Shown: positions 1-12,719 of the stretch, piece after piece
Numbering within the stretch: the stretch's first letter is position 1
Layout: each line of letters opens with the position of its first letter
NCBI RefSeq assembly: GCF_006345805.1
Contig: NC_042998.1
Location: 96,348,001-96,412,000, forward strand
From: Octopus sinensis
Lineage: Eukaryota
Reading direction: 5' to 3'
Length of the DNA stretch: 64,000 nucleotides
Notes under the pieces: model-generated
Seen by the model: only the letters and a program-made list of their open reading frames with translations
Told to the model about the DNA's origin: nothing
Database searches by the model: none
Made by a program: the position numbers and the translations under genes

Positions 1-878
1 ATTGTCAGAGACATGGGAGTGACTGAGTTTCTTATCAGGTAGGTAGTGTATGAAAACATTCGGTATTCCTCATACAACATCAGAAAGGGCCAATTTTGAT
101 CCCAAGCCACCAAGGAGAAGAAAGACCGCGCTACGAAGTTTTTCAATAAACTCAAATATCCCCTCCAACCGAACATGCTTTGATTTTTCTCAGACGAGAA
201 AAACTTCTACCAGGATCATATGGTGAACACACAGAACAACCGTTGGCTTGCCGTATCCCCAAAACATGTACCGAAAGTGATAAAAATCACATCCAGTCAA
301 CATCATGGTGTTTGGAGTGATCACAAGTGATGGCGACGTTATGCCTCTATTCATCTTCCCACACGGCCTCAGATTCAGTACGGAGGCCTACATCAAGTAC
401 CTGGAGGAGGTCGTTCTACCCTGGTTCAAGAGGGTGGCTGCTGGAAGACCCTATGTCTGGTAGCAGAACTCTCTGCACCATGCCTCACAAGTAGAAGAAC
501 CCAGACACTTGCTGCGACCACATTACCCCTAACATCTGGCCACCTAACCCCCCAGACTGCAACTCCCTTCATTATTATGTGTGGGGTGCAGTTGAACTAG
601 AGACAACGAAACTCCTTGTAACACCAAAGATGAACTGAAGGCAAGGATTATGGCAGTATTCACCAACTTAAACAAAGAGAGTGTCCAGAAGAGTTGCAGG
701 AGTTTCCGAAGTCGTCTGGAGGCCGTGGTTGAAGCCAATCGCGATTTTACTGAATAAATTAATTCTAATATTTCAAGGTATTTTTATGTAATTTCGGTAA
801 ATATATCTGTTAAAATGAAATGTCAATGTTATTTTCATTTTTGCGTAATTTAGACGACAGTTTATTCACTGCACTCTG
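1..878 (+). mobile_element. Decayed Tc1/mariner transposon, maT (DD37D)-like; 3' part with right terminus
   Basis: Frameshifted transposase motifs: FFSDEKNF (184-207), IMVFGVITSDG, YIKYLEEVVLPW, WPPNPPDCNSLHYYVWG, C-terminal SRLEAVVEANRDFTE-stop (757). Ends ...cactgcactctg followed by TA (879-880). Several stops and frameshifts. Confidence 0.85.
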
Positions 879-1196
879 TATGAAATGGTTTTATTCTAAA
901 CACTCGTTCGGAGCTGTATATTTGTCGTCCTAACTCGAAGTCGTTGTTGAATCATTTTAAAAGCAATAAGAAAAAAAAAGCCTTTTGATTTGATTGAATC
1001 ATATATAGACACAAAACTTTCAATATCTGAGTAGACATCTATCAGAGATATTGATAAGTAGATCCAACACCTGATAAAATATGTTTGCGTATCGTTTGGT
1101 TACACAAACGCATTTTATCTTCTGAGAAGACTAATGTATGCAGATCATTCATGATCTGAGACAAACAGACATTAGTTATAGAGAGTGTGAATCTTT

Positions 1197-1340
1197 ATAC
1201 ATACATACATACATACATACATACATACATACATGCATACATGTATGCAGAGAGAGAGAGAGAGAGAGTGTGTGTGTATGTGTGTGTATAATATATATAT
1301 ATATAGAGAGAGTATTATATATGTGTGTGTGTGTATACAA
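1197..1340. repeat. Compound microsatellite (TACA)n-(AG)n-(TG)n-(TA)n
   Basis: Seen directly; one of dozens of similar tracts in the window. Confidence 0.95.
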
Positions 1341-2402
1341 TCACACGTACATACATGCGCTTGAAGTTATATACATTCATATGTAAATTCATACATTAAT
1401 GGTGAATGTGCTAAAACCATTAGAATGTCGAGAATCAGACTTTGTTAAAACAAACCGACTCCACCTAACAACTCGATTGAATCAATGACAACATTAAACT
1501 GCTGTAAGTAGCGTTAATTATACTGTTACCGTCTCAACAGCGTACAGTTACCTGCACTGTATACTCAGGAAGAAAAGCATGTCTGAGCTATCAGGTGTAA
1601 GGTAGACGTCACTTAATATCATGATATGTGTGCCAATGTCACTCAACACCATTTCACACTAACACGATCATTGACTGATAGATGTCAATGTAATTTTCGT
1701 TATTTACTTTTAGCTAGTTGATGTATGTTTGTGTAAATATATATATATGAATGTATCTCATTTTAAGTATGAATTTGATTAATTTATGTATGCGTATGGT
1801 GACCTGAGCAAGAACATAATCCCCAAGAAGCCAAAATGTACATATGATAGTGCATATGGAGGTAGAAGGACACGTGCACGTGTCTTAGTGACTATTTACT
1901 TTACACTATACTTACATGTTTGTTGATTGTGTAATTACCCGTTCTTTGTCTTCACGAAACAAGAATCGGATTAATGATTAAGATTACTGTATAATGTGTC
2001 AGATGTAGAAAAGCAGTATTATTGTGTGTCAGTTTTTCATGGAATTTAACATTCACTGAGTGTGCATGGACCATTGCCAAAACTCTCGTCTTTAAGTTGA
2101 TGCGCACGTTAGAAAAAAAAAGTAGTTCACCTATATGTTTCATTTCAAATCGCAACCGTCTTTACAGTGTATCATTCTGTTTGTATTTGGGCTTAACGTT
2201 AAAAGTTAATCTTGTATTATTCTTTTCAGTATCAATTATTTCGGTAGCAATTAAAAGTCGTACTTTTCTTGTAAAATAATAAGTTATAAATGATGTCGAC
2301 TTTGACCTAATGACCAGAAATCCAACATTCTCTTTCACGACACGATGGCATTTACATCCTGTATAAAACTGTACATTTCTCTGTGTGTGTGTGTGTGTGT
2401 GT

Positions 2403-2446
<44 letters not shown>

Positions 2447-2538
2447 TGTGAGTGTGTGTGTGTGCGTGTGTGTGCATGTGTGTGTGTGTGCGCGTTCGTG
2501 CGTGATGCACACAAACACATACACATATATATCTTTGT

Positions 2539-2836
2539 GGAGGCACATGGCCTAGTGGTTAGAGCAGTGGACTCGCAGTCGAGGGATCGCAGGTTCGAAT
2601 CTCAGACCGGGCGATGTGTGTGTTTATGAGCGAAACACCTAAGCTCCACGCGGCTCCAGCATAAGGTAATGGCGAACTTCTGCTGACTCTTCCGCCACAA
2701 CTTTCTCTCACTCTTTCCTCCTGCATCTTGCAGCCCATCTGCGACGGACCGGCGTCCCGTCCAGGTGAGGAACCTATGCGCCAAGGAACCGGGAAACCGG
2801 CCCTTATGAGCCAGGCATGGCTCGAGAAGGAACAAA
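2539..2836 (+). mobile_element. tRNA-derived SINE with a Meta/V-domain-like central block
   Basis: A box TGGCCTAGTGG, B box GGTTCGAATC, central CTGCGACGGACCGGCGTCCCGTCCAGG; 3' part resembles the SINE at 46793-47075. Confidence 0.8.
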
Positions 2837-3391
2837 CACATATATATTTGTGCAAAATATATATATGTTTAATCGCTTTTTTCTTTTAAATTCGTAGAAA
2901 AGAAATTCGTAATCTAAAACTAATAACGGACTATTTAGGTCGCTTAAGATTTAATTTTGTGTAAGAATTATAGAAAAAAGTTACATTATTTCTGTGTGTC
3001 AGTTTACTCGGTCGAATTTCAAGAGCACAAGTGATTTGAGATTTTTGTTTTTAATTTATACCTGATCTCAAGTTTAAACAAGCCTGGCCGCTACTGAATT
3101 CAGCTAAGCATCCAAACTCAGTATGATGCAGTGGCATATGGTGTTAATGTCTTATTGACAAACAGGTCATTACTCTTCAGTCTGTACCAGATTTTGTTTA
3201 CATTTGATGAGATGGGTACTTGTTTACTCTAAGGAACATTAGCCATTTACCACTACGCATCTTGTGATTTGTTACCGACTTGTAGGTTACTACTTAGGTT
3301 TTATATGAGGTACGTTGTTGTTTAACCGAAGGTCAATCCTGTTCGCGTAGGATTTCTTTATTAACCACAAAGGTTGGTCAATGTATAGTTC

Positions 3392-3812
3392 GGATCTTTT
3401 CGGTTTTAACTGAACGGCAGTTTTAACATAATTTCTAGGTAACTAAAAAATTTTAAACTTCGTATACTGGTAGAATGTGTTTATGAAACATCTTTTTTCT
3501 CTTGGCTTTATTGAGAAAATTTTATAGTTTGTAAGATATTGTTCTTTTTCTTCAATTTCTGCAATTTCAACCAATCACTGACGTCTATTGAGGTAAAAAA
3601 CATTCTGTGCCGTATGAATATGTCCCTCGTTTAAGAAACAGATTGGGTTTATTTACATTTGTGAAGAAAAAAAGATACCCTTCCCCCACCCCTAACTAAC
3701 CCTAACCCTAAAACAGATTGAAATGCAATAGATCGATACTAGGGTCATAATTATGGGTGACAATTTCATATGACACCGTTAGAAAAAACTGCCGTTCAAA
3801 CCGAAAAGATCC
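3392..3812. mobile_element. MITE-like element with ~28-bp terminal inverted repeats and an internal telomere-like tract
   Basis: Left GGATCTTTTCGGTTT(taact)GAACGGCAGTTTT; right AAAACTGCCGTTCAAACCGAAAAGATCC. CCCTAACTAACCCTAACCCTAA at ~3689-3710. No ORF. Confidence 0.75.
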
Positions 3813-4384
3813 TAAAGTTCTCCAAAGGTGAAATGTCGAAGCTCTATAGACTTACCTTGTTTGTTTGTTTGTTTTATTGCTGTTATTAAGACAATGTGTG
3901 GTGTGAACATACGCAGAAAGTAATTTTAGCTATACAAACTTGTTTACGTACACAGCCAGACGCTAGTCTACTTAACTGTTAAGATATGTGTTCACCTTTT
4001 GGAGAGTTAACTCATAATAGACTACCATTCTATCTTGAAGAGATCTGTGTCTTATCCATTAGTATTACGGTAACCGGAGATAAGCACCATACGTTCGAAT
4101 CAACTTGTATGTATGAGTGCAATGTATATATATATATGTATACAGGGTGAGTGGTAGATATAGTGTATGTAGCAGAGAGCTAATTAACTGCATTACCATA
4201 TTTATTTATGCGATTATTTCGATTCCTGTGGTTCTGATTTCAGATTATACAGGAATAGATTCTGCTTTTTCGGAAATGGTAAAATCCAAGATATTCACTG
4301 GCGATGATTATTTGAAAAAAAAGCTAGTATTTTGCCAAAAGAAAAACAAAATGGCGGTGGCCTGCTTTTTCTGTTCAAACATTT

Positions 4385-4422
<38 letters not shown>

Positions 4423-5029
4423 ATAAAAGTAGTAATATAGTATGTATATAGTATAAAAGTAGCATTCGAGCTACTTTTTAAAAGAGGTTTATTTTCGTAT
4501 ATCTCAGTGTTATACCATAACGATATAACTATAGACAAACTTTGTTTTTCAATTCTAAGATTAAAGCTTCCAATTCGGACGACTGTAAGTCGGGGAGTCG
4601 CTTTTGTGTAATAGTATCACGATCGTCTCACACACTGTTCGGGCCCTATTTGCAGATGCCCCCCGCCCCCTCCTCCACTATTTTCTGTTTTAAAAGGTTT
4701 TTTTTGTCCTATATATTGAGAAATAGCTACACTCGAGACTTTTTCATATATCTCGATGCTTTTGAATTACGATCTAATGTAAAGAAACGCGCGTACATGC
4801 TCATCCTATGAGTTATGCATGTAATGTATTATATACACGGTATTATTTCAAATGGAAACAATATAAAAGGCAAACGTGAATATTGTAATCATATTTTTCA
4901 GTTTGTGTTATGAAATAATTTCCTTCAGAAACTCAGTTTTATCTATAAAATTACTTTTCCATTTTCATATGTAAAAGTACATTCTTTCTGCTATTTTTTT
5001 TTTCTTTGCTTGAATTTATACTAATACTA

Positions 5030-5048
5030 TTTTCTTTTCTCTTTTCAG
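5030..5048 (+). other. Splice acceptor opening the exon that carries the 5301-6323 CDS
   Basis: Polypyrimidine tract ttttcttttctcttttcAG ending at 5048, followed by ~250 nt of putative 5' UTR. Confidence 0.65.
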
Positions 5049-5300
5049 GTTCCAGAAATTCACTCGGAAGTCTACGACTTTGATTTATTTAAATATTAAT
5101 CCAAATATACATATATAACACACGTCCTTACACAACCACTCATACACATAGTCCCACATACATATCCATTTAATCATCTTTCATATACGCAAATCATTAT
5201 ATCAACCCTTCCCCACTTTACATTATTCCTATACAATCCATAATGCTGTATCACCATATTTACGTGGTCAGTTTATCATAGAATTTAAGTAAGTTTAAAC

Positions 5301-6323
5301 ATGGATGCTGGTCATTTGTACATGATTAAAGAAGAAGCCTCAGATCGTAACACTGAGAGTAGTCTTTTGGCCGCTGCTGCTGCCGTAAAGCAGCAGCAGA
5401 AATTAAATAGAAGTGGTGAAACACCACTCTATTGCTCAACAGAAAGGATTCTAAAAAACAACCCACACCAGAAAGTTGCACCCGACCAAATTAGAGACGG
5501 CATTCGACGCATTACAGAAAAGTATGACTCATTAGGTAAAATGTTGTCGCAGTGTGATAATACGAGAAATAATATGAAAAAAACACCCATGTCCGACGCA
5601 TCTTCCGATATTTCTGATGTGCCGCCCTCGACAGCAAGCACATCAAGCACAGGTGTTTCAGAAACTCTATCAGAGCACGATCTCCTTCAAGTTGAAATGT
5701 TTTATAAAAGTCACAAGACTGAAGTATTTGTTTGCCACTGTCAAGCAAATTTATACTTCGGCTCTGTGCGCCAGTCATCCGAATGTGATCAATGGGAATA
5801 TGCCATGACAGGTATACCGCTGTTAGTGCTAGACACTGGCGAACATCACCGGAAAAGAAGACTACATTTCATTCTTGCTGAAAAAGGAACGGGTTTTGTG
5901 ATGTGGAAAGATGTAATAGATCATTTGACAAAATATAGCGCTCCAAGTTCGAGTTTCCACACCTTGCACATCTCTATCGACCATACGAAATTAGCGGGCC
6001 TCAGCTTTGATGACACTGAGGCAGCGGCTCAGTTCTACGAAGTTTTACGACAGTTAACCTCTGACCCTAATGACGACATCCTTAACTTAAGCCGGTCGAA
6101 GAAAAACAAAAAGAAAGAACAGAAACCGAAAAATAAGAAATTCAAAGCTCCCAGAAAAACAGACATATCGCAGCCTTGTTGTTTCGTTCATGTTACTAAA
6201 CTGGAACGCACAGACAATAGCGGGAATGCCGCTTGTGCGTTCAAAAGTACGCTCCCAAGTGAAATGAAACATTCAAGTAGTTCTGAGCTGTCGGAAGACT
6301 CCGCTACTGAGCAGTATAAGTAA
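5301..6323 (+). CDS. MESR3: WH1/EVH1-like (PH-fold) + basic + CRIB-like protein, MESR3-like, 340 aa, single coding exon
   Basis: Long intact ORF of non-repetitive composition. WH1-like block EVFVCHCQANLY...TGIPLLVLDTGE...FILAEKGTGFVMWKD...AGLSFDDTEAAAQFYEVL (~5721-6068), Lys-rich stretch, then ISQPCCFVHVTKL (6165-6203). The MESR3 assignment is from recalled similarity, not a search. Confidence 0.85.
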   Translation: MDAGHLYMIKEEASDRNTESSLLAAAAAVKQQQKLNRSGETPLYCSTERILKNNPHQKVAPDQIRDGIRRITEKYDSLGKMLSQCDNTRNNMKKTPMSDASSDISDVPPSTASTSSTGVSETLSEHDLLQVEMFYKSHKTEVFVCHCQANLYFGSVRQSSECDQWEYAMTGIPLLVLDTGEHHRKRRLHFILAEKGTGFVMWKDVIDHLTKYSAPSSSFHTLHISIDHTKLAGLSFDDTEAAAQFYEVLRQLTSDPNDDILNLSRSKKNKKKEQKPKNKKFKAPRKTDISQPCCFVHVTKLERTDNSGNAACAFKSTLPSEMKHSSSSELSEDSATEQYK

Positions 6324-6477
6324 CTGTATAAATTAGTCCGATTAAACAGTAAAAATACATATTTTCAAGAAACATATTTTGAACAAACCATAGCAGTTGG
6401 CATATAAAAACAAATGGACGTTAAAAAAAAATGTAAGAATAAAAAAACTAACATATAGCTTGGAGTGATATATATAT

Positions 6478-6527
<50 letters not shown>

Positions 6528-7492
6528 GTATGTATGTATGTATAAACAAGAAAGATATATCGTGGTAACAATCTTCTAAGCAATAGAAAAGTGATTACCG
6601 AACAAACAAAAAAATGACGAAAAGAAATAAACGTTAACAGATAAAAAGAAACTGAAAACAGAATGGAGAAAAAAAAATGTTGAAACATTGGGAGTTATTA
6701 GGTTTTTGTTGATTTTTTTTCCCATTAATTTTTCTCTTTTATTAATATTATTATTTTTTTTTCTTTGTCTCCGAACTGAAAGGGACAGTAAATCGCCTTA
6801 AGAAATACTGAATGGAAAGAAAAGAAAAGTACAGCAATATTTTTCAGAATTGTGTTGCTTTTATATATTTTCGTATGAAGATGAAAGGATAAAGTTTAGT
6901 TAACAAATCTTTAAAAAAAATGACAAAAAAGAAAGAAATAAACATCTTTAAAAACACATCAAATTACGAGTATAAAATTTAACAAAAATAATATTCATAT
7001 GCATTTAAGAAAGAGATTACATTTGGTGTATGTCAGCAACATATGTATGTATATATATATATATATGTATGTATGTATATATATAATGTATGTATATGCG
7101 CACGTTTAGGTATACGAACGGGAGACCAGTTACTGAATACGTGGAGTACAGTTATATTTTATTTGTTTTTCGTTCGAAGTTTATAATTCATTTCGTTGGT
7201 ACTCAGAGTTTCGTTTTAAGCTTATTTGAAACAAATTCGCTTGAACGAATGTTTACAAACATGAAACTCGAAGTAACAAGCGATTGAATCATTAGCTTCG
7301 AACAAATATATATGTGTGTGTAGTGTGTGTTTCATGCCTGTTATATATATATATATATATATATACCCATATATATATATTCATTATATATATGTACGTA
7401 CGTATATATGTATATATATACATGTATATATAGTGTTAATATATAAGTATATATATAGTGTTTTTTATGTGGATTTGTATATGCATGTGTGA

Positions 7493-7560
<68 letters not shown>

Positions 7561-7878
7561 ACGTGTGTTTGTGTTTATGCTTACATCGGTGTGGGTTATG
7601 TTGTGAACTAGAGTTCCGACAAATAGAGCTCGGTAAAGTAAATGGCAGATCGAAATAAGCATTGAGACCAATATAAGCAACTATGCTTAAAAGGGTATGC
7701 GTAGGCACAGCTGCAGTGCAAATATATATACAATCTGGCTATATATGTACATATATATGTATGTGTGTGTGTATATATGTGTCTGTGTAAAAATGTGTTG
7801 TATAGTTATATATATAAACACTATATATACATAAACACACACTCTGACTATATATATATATATATATATATATATTAA

Positions 7879-8144
7879 TGGTTAAGGTGTTGCACTCACG
7901 ATTGCGAGATCGTGGGTTCGATTCCCAGACCGGGCATTGCGTTGTGTTCTTGAGCAACGCACTTCATTTCACGCTGCTCTGCGATCATTTCGACATCTGA
8001 CGTGTGGCACCCGTTGCACTTGTACAGGTAGTGTCGATCTGATGGAGAGAGTGAGCTTATGTCTATAATCAAACCATCTGTGTGGTTGTTCGGTAAGAAA
8101 TTATCGAACGAACTTTCATACGTCGTCTGACGACAGAAGAGTCC
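7879..8144 (+). mobile_element. tRNA-derived SINE (same family as 24575-24850)
   Basis: GGTTAAGGTGTTGCACTCACG...GGGTTCGATTCCC head; body aligns with 24575-24850. Confidence 0.75.
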
Positions 8145-9008
8145 TTCTCATATAAAATCTGGTTATATATGTATGTATATATATGTGTGTGTGTGTGCTT
8201 ATGTATACATGTGTTTATGAGTAAAAATGTGTTGTATAGTTATAGCCTTACATACACATACATAATATACATGCATGTATTCATCGACTCTGTGTAATTT
8301 CTGCGTGGATAGATTTATGATCATTTTATCGTCAGCATTGATAACAACTGTTTCCGTCTATATTTACACATATATATCTAAATATATAGACACCCTGCAT
8401 ATTTACTCCCCTCTCCACTTTATACACACACATACATCAAATACCTCGTGAATTTTTCTCATTTTAGATCAAATAAACTGTTATATTCCAGTTTTTATTT
8501 ATCTCATCTTCTATATTCCGTGAAGTGTCACACGTTGTCTGACCTGGTCAGCAACATAATTCTGATTGCATCCCATTGCACTGGAATTGAGTTAGTAACC
8601 AGAAAGCAGAAGGACGTTTGTCCCGTTTCAACAACACACTCACATTGGTGCGTGTGTTTGTTGATATAAAAACGTTAGTAACAATTTATCAGAAGATGGA
8701 GAAGAATTCTTCACAAGAATTCCTAATATTGGCAGTGATATTCTTTAGTTGTATTTTCATCGTTAGACCTTCTTTCATAAACCACTATTATTTAGACCAT
8801 ACCTATTTATTGTTCGCTTTCTGTACTCACTTGTTAGTTACTTTTCATAGATTTAGTTTTGCTGATCGCAAAATTCTCCGATAATATAATCTTACATTCT
8901 TTGGTTACACTTTCATAGATTTGGGTCCCCAGTCCCGCCACTACTTTGTAGTATAATTGATAGAGCAATTCATGTATTGTTTTATTTATCAATATTCCCC
9001 ATTTCACA

Positions 9009-9073
9009 ATTCCGGCGCTGAATATCCGCCGGAATCAACATTCTTTCCTCCCCACGAAATCGATAAGGTAAGT
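9009..9073 (+). promoter_or_regulatory. Candidate first exon or promoter: inverted CCGGAA pair followed by a strong 5' splice site
   Basis: ATTCCGGCG (9009-9017) / CGCCGGAAT (9027-9035) 9-bp inverted repeat; AAG|GTAAGT donor at 9067/9068. Confidence 0.3.
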
Positions 9074-9727
9074 ATCACTTGTTATCTCAGTCATAATTCT
9101 ACAAATCTTGCTTTCTGCCTTCTCAAATAAAATAATCATCACCGCCACCAACATCTACAACACCAACACGAAGTTAATACTTGTGTAAAAGGTATATGCA
9201 TAATAAATGCATATTTTTATGTCTAACTTAGTGTTTTCCCACGCCCTACGTCTATTTCCCAAAAAGAACTTGCACTCCACCAAGAAGAGAAAAAAGTACA
9301 CATCATATATCTGTTCAAAAGAAGTTTTCATTAAACATTTATTGCAAGTTTTATTCAATCGTGACTTAGTTACACCTCTTTCTGAATTAACCCGTGCCCC
9401 ATCATGAGAAACACAGGTCTAAATATATATTAACAGTTGGTATATGACAATCACATAGATACAATTGTTTTAACATAAAAACTGAATTGTGAGTGCAAAT
9501 ATACTAAAAGGTTGTAGTTTCTAGGTAACAGTAAGGTTGTGAAGCCCTCGATAAAATATATGTTAAGTGTATGCATAAAAATCAGATAATTGAACAGAAT
9601 TGCTTTATTGATGTATCAAATTAATCGTTGGAATTCAGTCGGTACTCCAATATTCCTACTGTATTTCTTTTTTTAATGAAGAACAAAGTGAAGGGTGATG
9701 GACTGGATTCACCCTAATTAAAACAAA

Positions 9728-9795
<68 letters not shown>

Positions 9796-9811
9796 TTATT
9801 GAATCTGAAAA

Positions 9812-9990
9812 GACTTCAGAATTTGTTAATCAGAGTTTCACATAAAAGATCGTCAGACGGTTATGATTAACGATCGGTTCCTTGAAACTCTGACTAACAG
9901 TTTGTGAAGGCGTTTTAGCCTAAATAAAACAATAATTTACTCTACCCGTGGTATTCAAGTACTATTTTCTCCACCTTGGTTTGTACCGAT
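9812..9990. repeat. 29-bp-arm inverted repeat followed by a short dispersed repeat also present inverted at 63160-63210
   Basis: Arms 9812-9840 and 9883-9911. GTATTCAAGTACTATTTTCTCCACCTTG matches the reverse complement of 63160-63210. Confidence 0.6.
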
Positions 9991-10251
9991 GTGCTCATAT
10001 GTGTATTCTTAAACATGGTGTTAAACGCTAGTTGTATGAACCTGCTGAATGGTATTCTCATCTTGCCAGACAGACAGACATTGCCTTGTCATACAAACAT
10101 TATATGATACCTCAGCAACCGTATTGGATATAAGCATATTATATACATTCATCGTACTTACTACTTGAAAATGTTAAATGTTGAACATAAAAATCTTTTT
10201 GAATATCATCATATTAGATTAACAACAAAGTAAAACCGACGTACAAGCAAC

Positions 10252-10288
<37 letters not shown>

Positions 10289-10659
10289 GGCATATATATT
10301 GCATACACGTGTGAGAGGCGCATTAAATTTACTGGACAAGTTTTCATTTTGGCCCATTTTCTAAAACGCTACTTTTTGAAAGCGATATGCTAGGTTTTTA
10401 TCTTATAAACAATCTTACTGAAGCTGCCAAATCATAGTCCTTAATAGTTTTCTACTTAATTTTAAGTAACTAATTTACCATTTCTAGGAGATATCTTAAG
10501 TGGTAAACTCCCGTCAAAGCCGAATCTACAAGAAGTTTTCCGATTCTCTATTGAATCTTCATTTGAAGCCTATTATTTTCATTTGCACTACTAATACCTG
10601 ACTGAACGGTTTAGTAGATGTTACCTACACGATTTCTTAATTATATTTCACCATATTTA

Positions 10660-10866
10660 GGGCGGTGAGCTGGCAGAATCGTTAGCACGCCGGGCAAAAT
10701 GCTTAGCGGCATTTCGTCTGTCTTTACGTTCCGAGTTCAAATTCCGCCCAAGTCGACTTCGCCTTTCATACTTTCGGAGTCGGTAAAAATAAGTTCCAGT
10801 TGAGGACTGGGGAATCGACTTACCCCTCCCCTGAATTTGCTGGCTTTGTGCCAAAATTTGAAACCA
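10660..10866 (+). mobile_element. tRNA-derived CORE-like SINE (family A) with 14-bp TSD
   Basis: GGCGGTGAGCTGGCAGAATCG head, GAGTTCAAATTCC B box, tail GTGCCAAAATTTGAAACC. TSD ATATTTCACCATAT at 10643-10656 and 10867-10880. Confidence 0.9.
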
Positions 10867-11022
10867 ATATTTCACCATATATACTTATGAACATGTGTCA
10901 AAATATCGCCTCATTAATCCATTGTTGAGGTATTTAAATTATAGATACTATAATTTTCTCGTTTCATATACATACATATATATATATATATATATACATA
11001 CATATATATATATATATCTATA

Positions 11023-11090
<68 letters not shown>

Positions 11091-11096
11091 CATACA

Positions 11097-11128
<32 letters not shown>

Positions 11129-12492
11129 CATATATATAATCCCTCAACCTTTTGCTTTTCCTATAAATTACATGTGATATACAGGACATATTTCATGCAT
11201 CATATATGATATACATTCCCCTTTTTTACAACCACCAGAGTAACTTGAAACTTATGAAACGAAAGCTTTATACTATTCAGAACGTATTAAAGAAGGTCTA
11301 ACTAAGAGTCTGAAAACAATCATGGATGTTTAGGGCAAAAAGTTACATACATAAATAAATAATTAAAAATGAGAGAATTGAAGACAGACGAATAGAAACA
11401 AAAATTTATCATATTAGCAGCTTGGGATAATTTTTATTACTCATCAATGGCAAATTGGCAAAATTGCGTGAGTGAGGTATTTTTTCCTGCTCTCTGTACT
11501 TTAAATTCAAATACAATTGGGGTCAGCTTTGCTTTTAATCATTTCGGGGCCGATAAATAGAGTACTATTTCAGGGTGATGGTTGGAATGCAATATTACAA
11601 CGTTGGATGAGACGTCTGGCGATATTTGCTCTGGCTCTCTCACCCTGAGTTCAAATACAGCCGAGGTCAATTTTGGGGTCGTTAAATCGTCACCAGTTCA
11701 GGGTGATTATGAAAATGTTGAGCGAGGTATCTTGCAGTTTTTGTTCCGGGCCTTTTTCTTTTGAGTGAGACTAAATCCATCGATCCGTTTAACACTGCCA
11801 TCTAATTTCTTGATGCTTTTAACTGAATTTACTCTGTCGCAGAGCATTCAGGCTGGGCCTGCTATTCGAGGATAACTTCCTCTTTTCTACCAACCAGTAT
11901 CAGAGAACCTGCAATAAAAAAAAAAATAATAAACTAAAATAAAGCATAAAAAGTAAGACACTGTCCTGTTTCTGGGTGAGCAGAAAAAGAAAAACTGCTA
12001 AAATGACTGATAAATATTGATCACAATGACAGTGACATAGCCGCCTGATATTTTAATGTCATAAACCATGGAAATTACTCTAAATACTAAATGTAATTCG
12101 TAGGCTCATAAATTTTATCTACTTTTATGTGTCGGCTTTTCTCGAGATGACACAGGATAATAAGAACATATCACTGCTGTGATTTACGGTTCGTTTAAAA
12201 CAGCAGCAAGAAACACTGGTGTTGGTTATGACTAAGTTCCGAAATGAAATTTACTTAAGGTAAATAGAGAGCTGTAAGATTAATGTCTTCTGTCATTAAT
12301 ACTACCGCACTGGTAAAGAAAAAAGCAAAAGAAATGCATTGGTGAATGTTTTAATATATCCAATTTAACGAATCCGACTGGAATTTAATTTTAATATTTT
12401 GTTATTTTTTTTCTCTCTTGAGAATCGGTGTTAGTAATATCAGTGTGTTTGATTCAATGAATTGCACCTTGTGCTTAATAATAATAATAATA

Positions 12493-12685
12493 TGAGAAGT
12501 ATTTTTTAAAATCAGGGATAACACTAGGATGGGACACTTACAATAAACAATACTCCTCGGAACTGCCAGAATATTTAGAAAAGTGCTTGATAAATGAAGG
12601 TACCACCTCAGTCCGCTGACTCTGAACAGCTGGCCACTGGTACTACATTGCCAGCAACAAATGCTATGCGACAAACTCAGAAGAG
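12493..12685 (+). mobile_element. 3' fragment of an R4/Dong-like RLE LINE in an (AAT)n tract
   Basis: Translates LQ*TILLGTARIFRKVLDK*, the typical C-terminus of these elements. (AAT)n upstream, GATAAT downstream. Confidence 0.7.
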
Positions 12686-12719
12686 ATAATTGTTTTTAAT
12701 ATAGGTACAGGGTTTGATA

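Noticed and set aside
2539-2612. tRNA genes at SINE heads (also 23509 and 7879)
   Set aside because: A and B boxes are present but there is no acceptor-stem closure, and each continues into a SINE body.
4347-4357. CAAAATGGCGG (YY1-like) and AG|GTGAGT at 4147 as the MESR3-like promoter and first exon
   Set aside because: Plausible, but short motifs cannot be assigned without transcript data.
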